From contig NZ_CP089977.1 of assembly GCF_025643275.1 (NCBI RefSeq), positions 1,170,001-1,202,000 on the forward strand: a DNA stretch of 32,000 nucleotides, read 5' to 3'. The position numbers and the translations under genes were made by a program. The notes under the pieces were generated by a model. That model was not told the origin of the DNA and ran no database searches. It saw only the letters and a list, made by a program, of their open reading frames with translations. The DNA is from Moraxella nasicaprae (lineage in GTDB: Bacteria > Pseudomonadota > Gammaproteobacteria > Pseudomonadales > Moraxellaceae). Below are positions 7,772-16,287 of this stretch, piece by piece. Every line of letters begins with the position of its first letter. Within the stretch, counting starts at the first letter, position 1.

Positions 7772-9997
7772 TCAATCGGCTTTGGTCATGCTGGCAACCT
7801 TGCCAAATCCTTTGGGCAGCTGAGTGCCACGAGAGGCTCGTTTGCCGTGATAGCTGGCTAGGTCAGCAGGTTTGAGCGTTAAGGTGCGTTTGCCAGCAGT
7901 AATCATCAATGCGTCATCAGCGGATAGGGCGGTGATGGCGATGATATGCTCATCGTTTTTTAGGTTCATCAGTTTATTGCCCTTACCCTTAGCAAGCATT
8001 GGTAATTCATCGGTTGGAAAGACCAATAAGTAGCCCGATGAATTGACCACCGCAATCAAGGTATCGGTCGCTGCCATCTGGGCGATGGGCAGTAGTTTGC
8101 CCTCATTAAGGTTGATGCTGGCTTTACCTGCCTTTTGGTTGGTATCCAGATTGGATAATTGGTTGATGAAACCATAACCTGTACTGCTTGCCATGATGAT
8201 GGGGCTGTCTGCGATGAATAATAGCTGTTCGGCTTTAATGCCATTGCCCAGATTGATGAGGCTGGTGATGGGGTCGCCTTGCCCACGAGCAGATGGCAGA
8301 TTGGCAGCGTCCACACCATAGCTTCGACCTGTATTATCCAGCAAAATCAGCCGTTCGTTAGATTTGCCCAATGCGTGCGTCAAATAGCCATCGCCAGCAC
8401 GGTAACTCATCTGCAACGGGTCGGTTTGATGTCCTTTGGCACTACGAATCCAACCAGCTTGCGACAGCACAACCGTAATCGGTTCGGCTGGCACTAGCTC
8501 AGTGGCTTTTAGACTCACTGCATCATCTCGTTCTACAACAGGCGAACGGCGTGCATCGCCATGTTCTTTCATGTCAGCCGTCAGCTCATCAATGAGCAAT
8601 CCTGTCATCGCATCGTCATTACCCAGATAATGATTGATGCTGTCTTTTTCGGCGGTCAAGCGGTCTTTTTCGGCATTAAGCTCGATTTCTTCCAGTTTGG
8701 CAAGTTGGCGTAGTTTAATGTCCAAAATCGCATCAGCCTGAACATCAGTCAAACCATAGCGGTTCATTAGTTCAAGTTTGGGGTCATCTTCTTCACGAAT
8801 GATGGCGATGACTTCATCGATGTTTAGGTATGCAATCAGTAAGCCTGCCAAAATATGCAAGCGTTTTTCGATTTTGGCAAGACGATGTTGCAATCGGCGA
8901 ATCACCACATTGCGACGAACCGACAGCCATTCGGTCAAGATTTCTTTGAGATTTTTTACCTGAGGTTTGCCATTAACCCCAATCATGTTCATATTGACAC
9001 GATAGCTGGTTTCAAGGTCGGTATTGGCAAACAAATGATTCATGATTTTATCAATATCAAGTTTGCCTTTTTTAAGTTCAAGAACGATGCGACAAGCGTG
9101 TTCGTGGTCGGATTCGTCAGTGATGTCATTGACCCAAGGCAACTTTTTATCGCTCATCAGTTTGGCGATTTGTTCAATGATTTTGTTGCCAGAGATTTGG
9201 TAGGGCAGAGCATCGATGATGACGGTGTTTTTGTCCTTGGGATCGATATGATAAGTGGCACGCATCTTATAGCTGCCCTTGCCTGTTTGATACATCGCCA
9301 CGAGGTCAGATTTTGGCGTGATGATTTCGGCGGCGGTGGGCAAATCAGGTGCAAGCACCGTTTGAGCCAGTTGTTTGACCGACAAAGTAGGGTCTTTGAG
9401 CAGACGGATACACGCCTTGACAATCTCGGTCAGATTGTGTGGCGGAATGTCGGTTGCCATACCAACGGCAATGCCAGTCGTGCCATTGAGCAAAATGTTC
9501 GGCAGTCGAGCAGGTAGGGTAACAGGTTCGGTCAGCGAGCCATCGAAGTTATCTTGCCAATCGACCGTGCCTTGTTCCAATTCAGCCAGTAGGGTATTGG
9601 CGTATTGGCTCATCTTAGCTTCGGTATATCGCATGGCGGCAAAAGATTTGGGGTCGTCAGGACTGCCCCAGTTGCCTTGTCCTGTGATGAGCGGATAGCG
9701 ATAGCTAAATGGTTGTGCCATCAGCACCATCGCTTCATAACAAGCAATATCGCCATGTGGGTGATATTTGCCCAGCACATCGCCCACAGTACGAGCGGAT
9801 TTTTTTGGCTTGGCGGTGTGACGTAGTCCAAGCTCGCTCATCGCATAGACGATGCGGCGTTGGACGGGTTTTAGACCATCAGCAATGTGTGGCAAGGCTC
9901 TATCCATGATGACATACATGGCATAATTAAGATAAGCCTGTTCGGTAAAATCACTGATGGAGCGAGTATCGATGTTGGTGTCGTTATATAAAGTCAT
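7772..9997 (-). CDS. parC: DNA topoisomerase IV subunit A
   Basis: 741 aa. The N-terminus ([38 protein letters not shown]...[28 protein letters not shown]...AAMRYTE) is nearly collinear with E. coli ParC. It lacks the GyrA box, and its length fits ParC. Confidence 0.95.
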   Translation of the reverse strand: MTLYNDTNIDTRSISDFTEQAYLNYAMYVIMDRALPHIADGLKPVQRRIVYAMSELGLRHTAKPKKSARTVGDVLGKYHPHGDIACYEAMVLMAQPFSYRYPLITGQGNWGSPDDPKSFAAMRYTEAKMSQYANTLLAELEQGTVDWQDNFDGSLTEPVTLPARLPNILLNGTTGIAVGMATDIPPHNLTEIVKACIRLLKDPTLSVKQLAQTVLAPDLPTAAEIITPKSDLVAMYQTGKGSYKMRATYHIDPKDKNTVIIDALPYQISGNKIIEQIAKLMSDKKLPWVNDITDESDHEHACRIVLELKKGKLDIDKIMNHLFANTDLETSYRVNMNMIGVNGKPQVKNLKEILTEWLSVRRNVVIRRLQHRLAKIEKRLHILAGLLIAYLNIDEVIAIIREEDDPKLELMNRYGLTDVQADAILDIKLRQLAKLEEIELNAEKDRLTAEKDSINHYLGNDDAMTGLLIDELTADMKEHGDARRSPVVERDDAVSLKATELVPAEPITVVLSQAGWIRSAKGHQTDPLQMSYRAGDGYLTHALGKSNERLILLDNTGRSYGVDAANLPSARGQGDPITSLINLGNGIKAEQLLFIADSPIIMASSTGYGFINQLSNLDTNQKAGKASINLNEGKLLPIAQMAATDTLIAVVNSSGYLLVFPTDELPMLAKGKGNKLMNLKNDEHIIAITALSADDALMITAGKRTLTLKPADLASYHGKRASRGTQLPKGFGKVASMTKAD

Positions 9998-10089
9998 GAT
10001 ATTTTAATGATGATTTAGCAAACCGCTTATGATAGCAAGTTTGATAAAAAAAGCAATGATAAGACATCATTGCTTTTTGGTGTTTGAAC

Positions 10090-10371
10090 TTAGTGTGCGA
10101 TGCTTTCAAGGCGTTTGGCAAGCTGAACATCACGACTTTGTACAGCAGATTGCTCAGGGTCGCCAATGCGAACAGTCAGGACATTATGGTCATTTTGCCA
10201 TACAGGATAATGTTCCAAACTTTGGGCAGAAAATGCCCCACGCACCATAAAACTGATGGCATCGCTAAACTCTGCAAAGGTATAAGTCTTGACTAAGCTG
10301 TTGCCGTCTTTTGACCACTCAGGTAGGCTTTCTAGTTGTAGGGCAACTTGGTCGGCGGTAAGGCTACTCAT
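10090..10371 (-). CDS. pterin-4-alpha-carbinolamine dehydratase-like protein
   Basis: 93 aa. The layout (LPEWS...L.KTYTF.EF..AISFM...A..AQ...HYPVW.N..N.L.V.I) follows the PCD/DCoH family pattern. Confidence 0.7.
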   Translation of the reverse strand: MSSLTADQVALQLESLPEWSKDGNSLVKTYTFAEFSDAISFMVRGAFSAQSLEHYPVWQNDHNVLTVRIGDPEQSAVQSRDVQLAKRLESIAH

Positions 10372-10430
10372 ACATGTTCCTAAATTTTGCTAAAAAAATT
10401 GGGTTTATTATGGGCTATTTTGGCAAAAAA

Positions 10431-10703
10431 TCAAGCCAATAACTGCTGATATTCTGTTTTTTTATCGATGTACGCTGCCACAAAGCTGCAACTTGGCACG
10501 ATTTTTTTGTGATGTTGCTGGGCGTATTCTAGGGCAAATTTGACCAAAGCAGAACCAATGCCACGACCGCCAAGCTCAGATGGAACGATGGTGTGGTTAT
10601 AATTGAGCGTATCTTCATTGAGAACCTCGTAGCTTAAATAAGCGGTATGTCCATCAATGGTGGTCTCAAATCTTTGGGTGGTGGGGCTGTGAGTGATGTG
10701 CAT
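10431..10703 (-). CDS. small GNAT-family N-acetyltransferase (YjdJ-like)
   Basis: 90 aa. The GRGIGSALVKFALEYA acetyl-CoA-binding motif is followed by the KIVPSCSF segment typical of the short YjdJ-type GNATs. Confidence 0.7.
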   Translation of the reverse strand: MHITHSPTTQRFETTIDGHTAYLSYEVLNEDTLNYNHTIVPSELGGRGIGSALVKFALEYAQQHHKKIVPSCSFVAAYIDKKTEYQQLLA

Positions 10704-10794
10704 CGGCTTTTCCTAAAATAAGTAAAAAATCGGGCTTTACAACGGTACTGTATTAATCTATGCTAACATAAATTAGGATACAAGAGAATGATTT

Positions 10795-11260
10795 ATGGAT
10801 AAAAAGACAAAAAATGATTACCCAACTTTAAAAGTCATCACACTTTATCCGCTATTAGGTGGCATTATTGGCGGTTTGCCCATTACATTAACGGTTGTTA
10901 TTGGAATATTGATAAGAGCAAGATTGGAACTCTATTTTTGAAATGTTATGGGCAAGTGTTGCAGTGACTTTTTTAGCAGGTCTTATTCCATCGGCATTGG
11001 CGGGGATTTTGCTGGCTTATTATAAGATTAGGGTTTTACATAAAGCAAATTATTTACAAGCATTCTTTATTGGTTGGCTTGCTACTTTTTTACCGACAAT
11101 GATTTTGGTAATACTGGCAAATATTGATGTGCTGTTTGAGTGGCAAATGCTGGATATTCTGTTTGGCTTGGTTGTATCTATGGTGGCAGTTGCTATTTTT
11201 TCATTATTAGGAGGTTTAACATCAACTCTTCTTGCTAAATTTATTTTGCCAAAATATTAA
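10795..11260 (+). pseudogene. paralog 1 of a tandem 4-TM membrane-protein family, split by a +1 frameshift
   Basis: The ATG at 10795 gives MDKKTKNDYPTLKVITLYPLLGGIIGGLPITLTVVIGILI... and stops at 10939-10941. The family continues in the +1 frame (open from 10916; track ORF 10943..11260) to the shared C-terminus LLAKFILPKY. It is collinear with copies 2 and 3 only if the frames are joined near 10910-10920. Confidence 0.5.
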
Positions 11261-11272
11261 CAGGATAATTTT

Positions 11273-11719
11273 ATGAATAACAATAATAAAAACAAATACC
11301 CAACCTTAAAAGTCATCACGCTTTATCCATTGTTAGGCGGACTGGTGGGCGGAATGCCATTATTGATTTTTGCGGTACTTGCTTTCTTTTTCTATGATTT
11401 TGTGGGAAAAAATCAAATCTTGCTTTTTATTGTTGTAGTTTGGGCGACTGGCTTTGTTCCTGCATTATTGACAGGCATTGTCTTAGCTTATTTTAAAATA
11501 AAAATACTTAAATCCGATGATTATTTTAAAACATTTTGGATAGGTTTTGGGGTTACTTTTGTTTGTTGGTTAATTATTAATATTAAAAGCACTTTTTATA
11601 AGCTAAATGAAAGTTTGGTTTCAGGGATTTTATCGGTGATTTTTTCTCACTTGGTATTTGCCCTAATTGGTGGAATATCATCAGCAATTCTTGCTAAATT
11701 TATTTTACCAAAATCTTAA
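11273..11719 (+). CDS. paralog 2 of the tandem 4-TM membrane-protein family
   Basis: 148 aa with about four hydrophobic helices. N-terminus is MNNNNKNKYPTLKVITLYPLLGG and C-terminus is ILAKFILPKS. Confidence 0.6.
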   Translation: MNNNNKNKYPTLKVITLYPLLGGLVGGMPLLIFAVLAFFFYDFVGKNQILLFIVVVWATGFVPALLTGIVLAYFKIKILKSDDYFKTFWIGFGVTFVCWLIINIKSTFYKLNESLVSGILSVIFSHLVFALIGGISSAILAKFILPKS

Positions 11720-11732
11720 AAAGGAAAATTTT

Positions 11733-12182
11733 ATGAACAATAATAAAGAAAACAAATACCCAACTTTAAAAGTCATCACACTTTATCCATTATTGGGAGG
11801 TGTTATATATTGTGCAATTGTTTTATCAATAATGTACCCAATGATATTAAGTGAGGGTGTTAAATTTTCATTAGAGTATTTTTATTTTCATTTAATGGGA
11901 TTTTCTTTTATTGGTTTTATCTTAAATTTAATCATCAGTTTTATTTTTATTATTCTTAAAATTAAAACCATCAATAAAAATTATGCTAAAATTTTTGGTA
12001 TAGGTTTTGTGGTTTACTTTTTGTCAAGTTTTAGATTTTTTTATCCCAATATGATACCAAATATTGTATTTATTCTTGTTTGTGGTTTGCTAGGTGGCTT
12101 GTTATCAACCATTTTAGCCAAATTTATTTTACCAAAATCCCAAAATAAAACACCTTGCCCAAACCCAAAAATAATGCGATAA
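11733..12182 (+). CDS. paralog 3 of the tandem 4-TM membrane-protein family
   Basis: The track ORF starts at 11667 inside copy 2. The ATG at 11733 (MNNNKENKYPTLKVITLYPLLGG), preceded by AAGGAAA, aligns with the starts of the other copies. The C-terminus ILAKFILPKS carries a short extra tail. This copy is the most AT-rich. Confidence 0.6.
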   Translation: MNNNKENKYPTLKVITLYPLLGGVIYCAIVLSIMYPMILSEGVKFSLEYFYFHLMGFSFIGFILNLIISFIFIILKIKTINKNYAKIFGIGFVVYFLSSFRFFYPNMIPNIVFILVCGLLGGLLSTILAKFILPKSQNKTPCPNPKIMR

Positions 12183-12243
12183 TAGCAGGTTAAATCCCCC
12201 ATTTTTATTTTATAATTTTTCTTTTTAAATCAAAAGGATAGCT

Positions 12244-13905
12244 ATGGCTCAATACATCTACACGATGAACAAAGTCTCAAAAATCATTCCGCCTAAACGG
12301 GAGATTTTAAAGGACATTTCACTCTCCTTTTTCCCAGGGGCAAAAATTGGCGTACTGGGTCTAAACGGTGCAGGTAAATCCACCCTGCTACGCATTATGG
12401 CAGGCGTGGACACCGAGTACAATGGCGAGGCACGCCCCCAAGCAGGCATTAAGGTCGGCTATTTGCCCCAAGAACCCCAGCTTGACCCCAATAAAACCGT
12501 GCGTGAAAATGTAGAAGATGGCGTGCGTGAAGCCCTAGACGCCCTTGACCGTCTCAACCAAATCTATGCTGAGTATGCCGAGCCTGATGCTGATTTTGAT
12601 AAATTGGCTGCCGAGCAAGGCAAAATGGAGGACATCATTCAAGCGTGGGACGCTCACAACCTAAACACTCAGCTTGAAAAAGCCGCCGATGCCCTACGCC
12701 TACCGCCTTGGGACGCTGATGTTTCTAAACTGTCAGGGGGCGAAAAACGCCGTGTCGCCCTGTGCCGTCTGCTCCTGTCTAAGCCTGATATGCTCCTGCT
12801 TGACGAGCCGACCAACCACCTTGATGCTGAGAGTGTGGCGTGGCTTGAAAGATTTTTAAAGGACTATTCTGGCACGATTGTGGCGATTACCCACGACAGA
12901 TATTTTCTTGACAATGTCGCCGAGTGGATTTTGGAGCTGGACCGTGGCTATGGCTATCCTTATCAAGGCAACTACACCGAGTGGCTAGAACAGAAAAACA
13001 AACGCCTAGAACAAGAGCAAAAGCAAGAAGAAGCCTTTGCCAAAGCCCTAAAACAAGAGCTTGAATGGGTACGCAAAAACCAAAAAGGTCAGCAAGCCAA
13101 ATCCAAGTCTCGCCTAGAACGCTTTGAAGAGATGAACTCTCGTGAGTTCCAACAGCGAAATGAGACAGCAGAAATCTACATTCCACCAGGACCAAGACTG
13201 GGTAATAAAGTCATTGAAGTCAAAAACATCTCCAAATCCTTTGGCGACCGCCTGCTTTATGAAAACCTATCGTTCACCGTGCCACCAATGGCGATTGTCG
13301 GTATTGTCGGTCCAAATGGGGCTGGTAAAACCACGCTGTTTAATATGATTACAGGCAAAGACACGCCCGATACAGGCTCGGTGGAAGTCGGCGAGAGCGT
13401 CAAAGTCGCCTATGTCGGTCAGGTACGTGATAATCTTGACGACAAAAAAACGGTGTGGGAAGAGGTGTCGGACGGTCTTGATATGATTACCGTGGGCGAA
13501 TATACCACGCCAAGCCGTGCCTACATTGGTCGCTTTAACTTTAAAGGGCAAGACCAACAAAAACTGGTTGGCAACTTATCAGGCGGTGAACGCAATCGCT
13601 TACAGCTTGCTAAGACCTTAAAGCAAGGAGCGAATGTGATTTTGCTTGACGAACCCTCCAACGACCTTGATGTGGAGACCTTGCGTGCCTTAGAAGATGC
13701 CATTGAAGTCTTCCCCGGTACGGTAATGGTCGTCTCACACGACCGCTGGTTCTTAGACCGTATTTGTACGCATATTTTGTCGTTTGAAAATGAACAGCCT
13801 GAGTTTTTTGACGGCAACTACACCGAATACGAAAAATGGCGTAAAGAGCGACTGGGAGCAGATGCCACGCCCAAGCGTATGAAGTATAAGAAGATTGGGG
13901 GTTGA
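12244..13905 (+). CDS. ettA: energy-dependent translational throttle protein EttA (ABC-F ATPase)
   Basis: 553 aa. The N-terminus MAQYIYTMNKVSKIIPPKREILKDISLSFFPGAKIGVLGLNGAGKST is nearly identical to EttA/YjjK. It has two ABC cassettes (LSGGEKRR / GPNGAGKTT / LSGGERNR) and no TM domains. Confidence 0.93.
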   Translation: MAQYIYTMNKVSKIIPPKREILKDISLSFFPGAKIGVLGLNGAGKSTLLRIMAGVDTEYNGEARPQAGIKVGYLPQEPQLDPNKTVRENVEDGVREALDALDRLNQIYAEYAEPDADFDKLAAEQGKMEDIIQAWDAHNLNTQLEKAADALRLPPWDADVSKLSGGEKRRVALCRLLLSKPDMLLLDEPTNHLDAESVAWLERFLKDYSGTIVAITHDRYFLDNVAEWILELDRGYGYPYQGNYTEWLEQKNKRLEQEQKQEEAFAKALKQELEWVRKNQKGQQAKSKSRLERFEEMNSREFQQRNETAEIYIPPGPRLGNKVIEVKNISKSFGDRLLYENLSFTVPPMAIVGIVGPNGAGKTTLFNMITGKDTPDTGSVEVGESVKVAYVGQVRDNLDDKKTVWEEVSDGLDMITVGEYTTPSRAYIGRFNFKGQDQQKLVGNLSGGERNRLQLAKTLKQGANVILLDEPSNDLDVETLRALEDAIEVFPGTVMVVSHDRWFLDRICTHILSFENEQPEFFDGNYTEYEKWRKERLGADATPKRMKYKKIGG

Positions 13906-13979
13906 TTTAGCCTTCAATGGTAATAACATGCCCATATTTTTTTATGGGTATGTTTTTAAATACAATCTAAGGTGTATAT

Positions 13980-15116
13980 ATGATAATAAAGTCTGCTGAA
14001 GTTATTGGTTTAAATGGTTTGAATAATCACATTAAATTAGATTTTAATCGTGATTTAAATATTATCACAGGTCGCAATGGCTCTGGCAAAACCAATATTT
14101 TAAAGTTAATTTGGTATGTAATAAGTGGAAATATTGAAGTTGCTTTAAGAGAAATTAATTTTTCAAAAATTAAAATCGTTACAGATAAATATATTTGTAC
14201 TGTTAGTAAAATAGATACAGAGACATGTCAGGTTGCTTGGCAATGGAATGGCTCTAAAGATATTGAATTGTTTGAAGATGTTGAGGAAGATAGAGTTAGT
14301 AGTTTGGTGGTTCGTGTAAGACCTGCTGAGTATATTCCAAATAATCGATTAATAGAACATGGCGCATCAATATTTTTACCAACATTCCGACGTATAGAAG
14401 GTGGTTTTTTAACAAAACATAAAATTAGTAGTGCTACCGGCAGAATTTTACCTAGTATTAAAGGTAGTGCTATTGAAGATGCTTTAAATAATATATCTGG
14501 GCAATTATCAAATGGTTCTCATAGTTTTGTATCCTCTTTAAGTACTGCAGATATTGAATTATTAGTTATAAAAAAACATTCTGAATTATCTGAAGAAATA
14601 TCACAACTTCAACAGAAAACTTCGCAAGATATACAAAATAGAATTAAAGAATCTACAGAAGAAGAATCGTCTAATATTTTGCAAGAAGTAAAATCTCAAA
14701 TGGAAAAATTGGAAATTATTAGAAAGAATACTATGCAACCATTTGATACTTTTAAGGAACAGGTCTTTAAATTTATTAGTTATGGCGGTATTAAGCTAGG
14801 TTCTAAAAAAGAAAGTTTAAGTTTAGGCGATAGTGCTAGTGCAATTAATTCGGATTTACTCTCTGCAGGCGAAAAACAGATGCTAAGTTTTTTAGCCTAT
14901 AATGCTTTTTATCAAGATACTATTTTCATTATTGATGAGCCAGAATTAAGTTTACATGTAGATTGGCAGAGAATCTTATTTCCAACTTTATTAAGACAAA
15001 ATTCTAGCAATCAATTTATTGTTGCAACTCATTCTCCATTTATTTATGCAAAATACCCTGATAAAGAATTAACTTGGGTTGATGATCGAGGAGATTGTAA
15101 TGGAGAAGAGCAATAA
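13980..15116 (+). CDS. ABC/SMC-type (AAA_21/AAA_15-like) ATPase, AriA/OLD-ATPase-like
   Basis: 378 aa with Walker A GRNGSGKT (res 31-38), a charged coiled-coil-like insert (ELSEEISQLQQKTSQDIQNRIKESTEEE...), ABC signature LSAGEKQML, Walker B IFIIDEPELSLH and H-loop VATHSP. It is strongly AT-rich compared with ettA. Confidence 0.85.
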   Translation: MIIKSAEVIGLNGLNNHIKLDFNRDLNIITGRNGSGKTNILKLIWYVISGNIEVALREINFSKIKIVTDKYICTVSKIDTETCQVAWQWNGSKDIELFEDVEEDRVSSLVVRVRPAEYIPNNRLIEHGASIFLPTFRRIEGGFLTKHKISSATGRILPSIKGSAIEDALNNISGQLSNGSHSFVSSLSTADIELLVIKKHSELSEEISQLQQKTSQDIQNRIKESTEEESSNILQEVKSQMEKLEIIRKNTMQPFDTFKEQVFKFISYGGIKLGSKKESLSLGDSASAINSDLLSAGEKQMLSFLAYNAFYQDTIFIIDEPELSLHVDWQRILFPTLLRQNSSNQFIVATHSPFIYAKYPDKELTWVDDRGDCNGEEQ

Positions 15117-15880
15117 TGGCAAAAGTTGATTTAGATGAGATGATTTCTACATTAAATCATTCTGATTTACCAGCAATTATTGTTGAAGGAAAAGATGATA
15201 TTATTATTTACCGAAAATTAGAAGATGAGATAAGCAATGTTATTGTAACTCCTGTTGGTGGTAGAGCAAATGTATTAAAAATATTTCAAGAAACAGTCAA
15301 CCCTAATGGGCGTTTGTACAATAAAAATATTGTATTTATTGCAGACCAAGACATTTGGATTAATATTGGAATTCCTGATGAGTTTAAAAATCAGAAACTT
15401 ATTTTCACAAGTGGATATTCTATTGAAAACGATGTTTTTATTGACTACTGCTGTCAAAAAATGATAGACGATAATCCTGATATTAAAGCCAATTTCAATC
15501 AAGATAAAGAAAAGTTTATTGATTGGTATGTTTTGGCGTTACAGGCAACCATTGATAAATATAATCATGATTTAAATAAATTAGATTGTGCAGAAAACTT
15601 AACTTTATCGGAATTCAGAAAAATATCTCATAACCCTGAAAGGGTGTTTAAGCAATATGAAGACATGATTAAATTACTGGAAAATGAAATTCTCAATCAT
15701 CAATTAAAACAAAGTTTGATAGATGATTTCCCCTTATCCATTAGAGGAAAATCTCTAATGGCGTTATTTACAAGCAATATGAAAAATGGCATAAGAACTA
15801 TGCAAATTTTTCAAAATATTGCCGTTCGACCCAATGACCGAATTAACCGTATTTTTGATGATGTCAAAAGATTATTTTAG
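15116..15880 (+). CDS. DUF4435 / Toprim-like protein, AriB/OLD-nuclease-like
   Basis: 254 aa. The start overlaps the ATPase stop by 1 nt (TAATG). It has the DUF4435 hallmarks IIVEGKDDIIIY (Toprim Glu), FIADQDIW (DxD) and GYSIEND. Confidence 0.75.
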   Translation: MAKVDLDEMISTLNHSDLPAIIVEGKDDIIIYRKLEDEISNVIVTPVGGRANVLKIFQETVNPNGRLYNKNIVFIADQDIWINIGIPDEFKNQKLIFTSGYSIENDVFIDYCCQKMIDDNPDIKANFNQDKEKFIDWYVLALQATIDKYNHDLNKLDCAENLTLSEFRKISHNPERVFKQYEDMIKLLENEILNHQLKQSLIDDFPLSIRGKSLMALFTSNMKNGIRTMQIFQNIAVRPNDRINRIFDDVKRLF

Positions 15881-15886
15881 GTAAAG

Positions 15887-16042
15887 AAAATTTCACCCTT
15901 AACCAATTTTGAACCCCGTATTCTCACTCGTGGTAAGAGTTATTTAAACAATATTTTGCAATTAAAAAATAACTTTAATAACTATTGGATGACATTGGTT
16001 AAAGGCACATACTGTTATTAAGTCAAAGTTGCATTAACATAA
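15887..16042 (+). pseudogene. decayed 5' fragment of a SWIM-zinc-finger-type protein gene
   Basis: Just past the DUF4435 stop, in the same frame: KISPLTNFEPRILTRGKSYLNNILQLKNNFNNYWMTLVKGTYCY*VKVALT*. This follows the N-terminal pattern of SWIM/SNF2-associated proteins (F..RIL.RG..Y...g.V..L......a.V.Gs..Y.V.l). It contains two in-frame stops and the rest of the gene is absent. Confidence 0.35.
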
Positions 16043-16287
16043 AATGGTTGGCGCAGTGTGTTAATTTAACAAATGCATTGCAGTTGATTTCAAAAAATTA
16101 ATAAAAATCACCAACGCAAACCTATTTTGCAAGACTAAACAGAAACTTGGAAGGATAAATTTATAAAAAATGACCATCAATTAAGAAATTAAGTCAGATT
16201 GGTGATTACTATTAATTAAGAATAAGATATCATAGGAATTTTTCCTATAGACCAAAAATAGCATTATGTTACACTAAGGAGCGAACA

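Noticed and set aside
8056-9909. Multiple ORFs nested in or antisense to parC (e.g. 8855..9517(+) at 220 aa and 9375..9698(+))
   Set aside because: They lie entirely within the well-supported 741-aa parC gene. Their composition is typical of antisense translation of a coding region, and they have no start context.
11667-11732. N-terminal extension of the third membrane paralog as listed in the ORF track
   Set aside because: The extension overlaps the 3' end of paralog 2. The family-conserved N-terminus (MNNNKENKYPTLKV) begins at the ATG at 11733, which has its own AAGGAAA SD.
12258-13935. Antisense and off-frame ORFs within ettA (12258..12449, 12887..13195, 13267..13560, 13521..13817, 13753..13935)
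   Set aside because: They are shadow ORFs of a highly conserved ABC-F gene.
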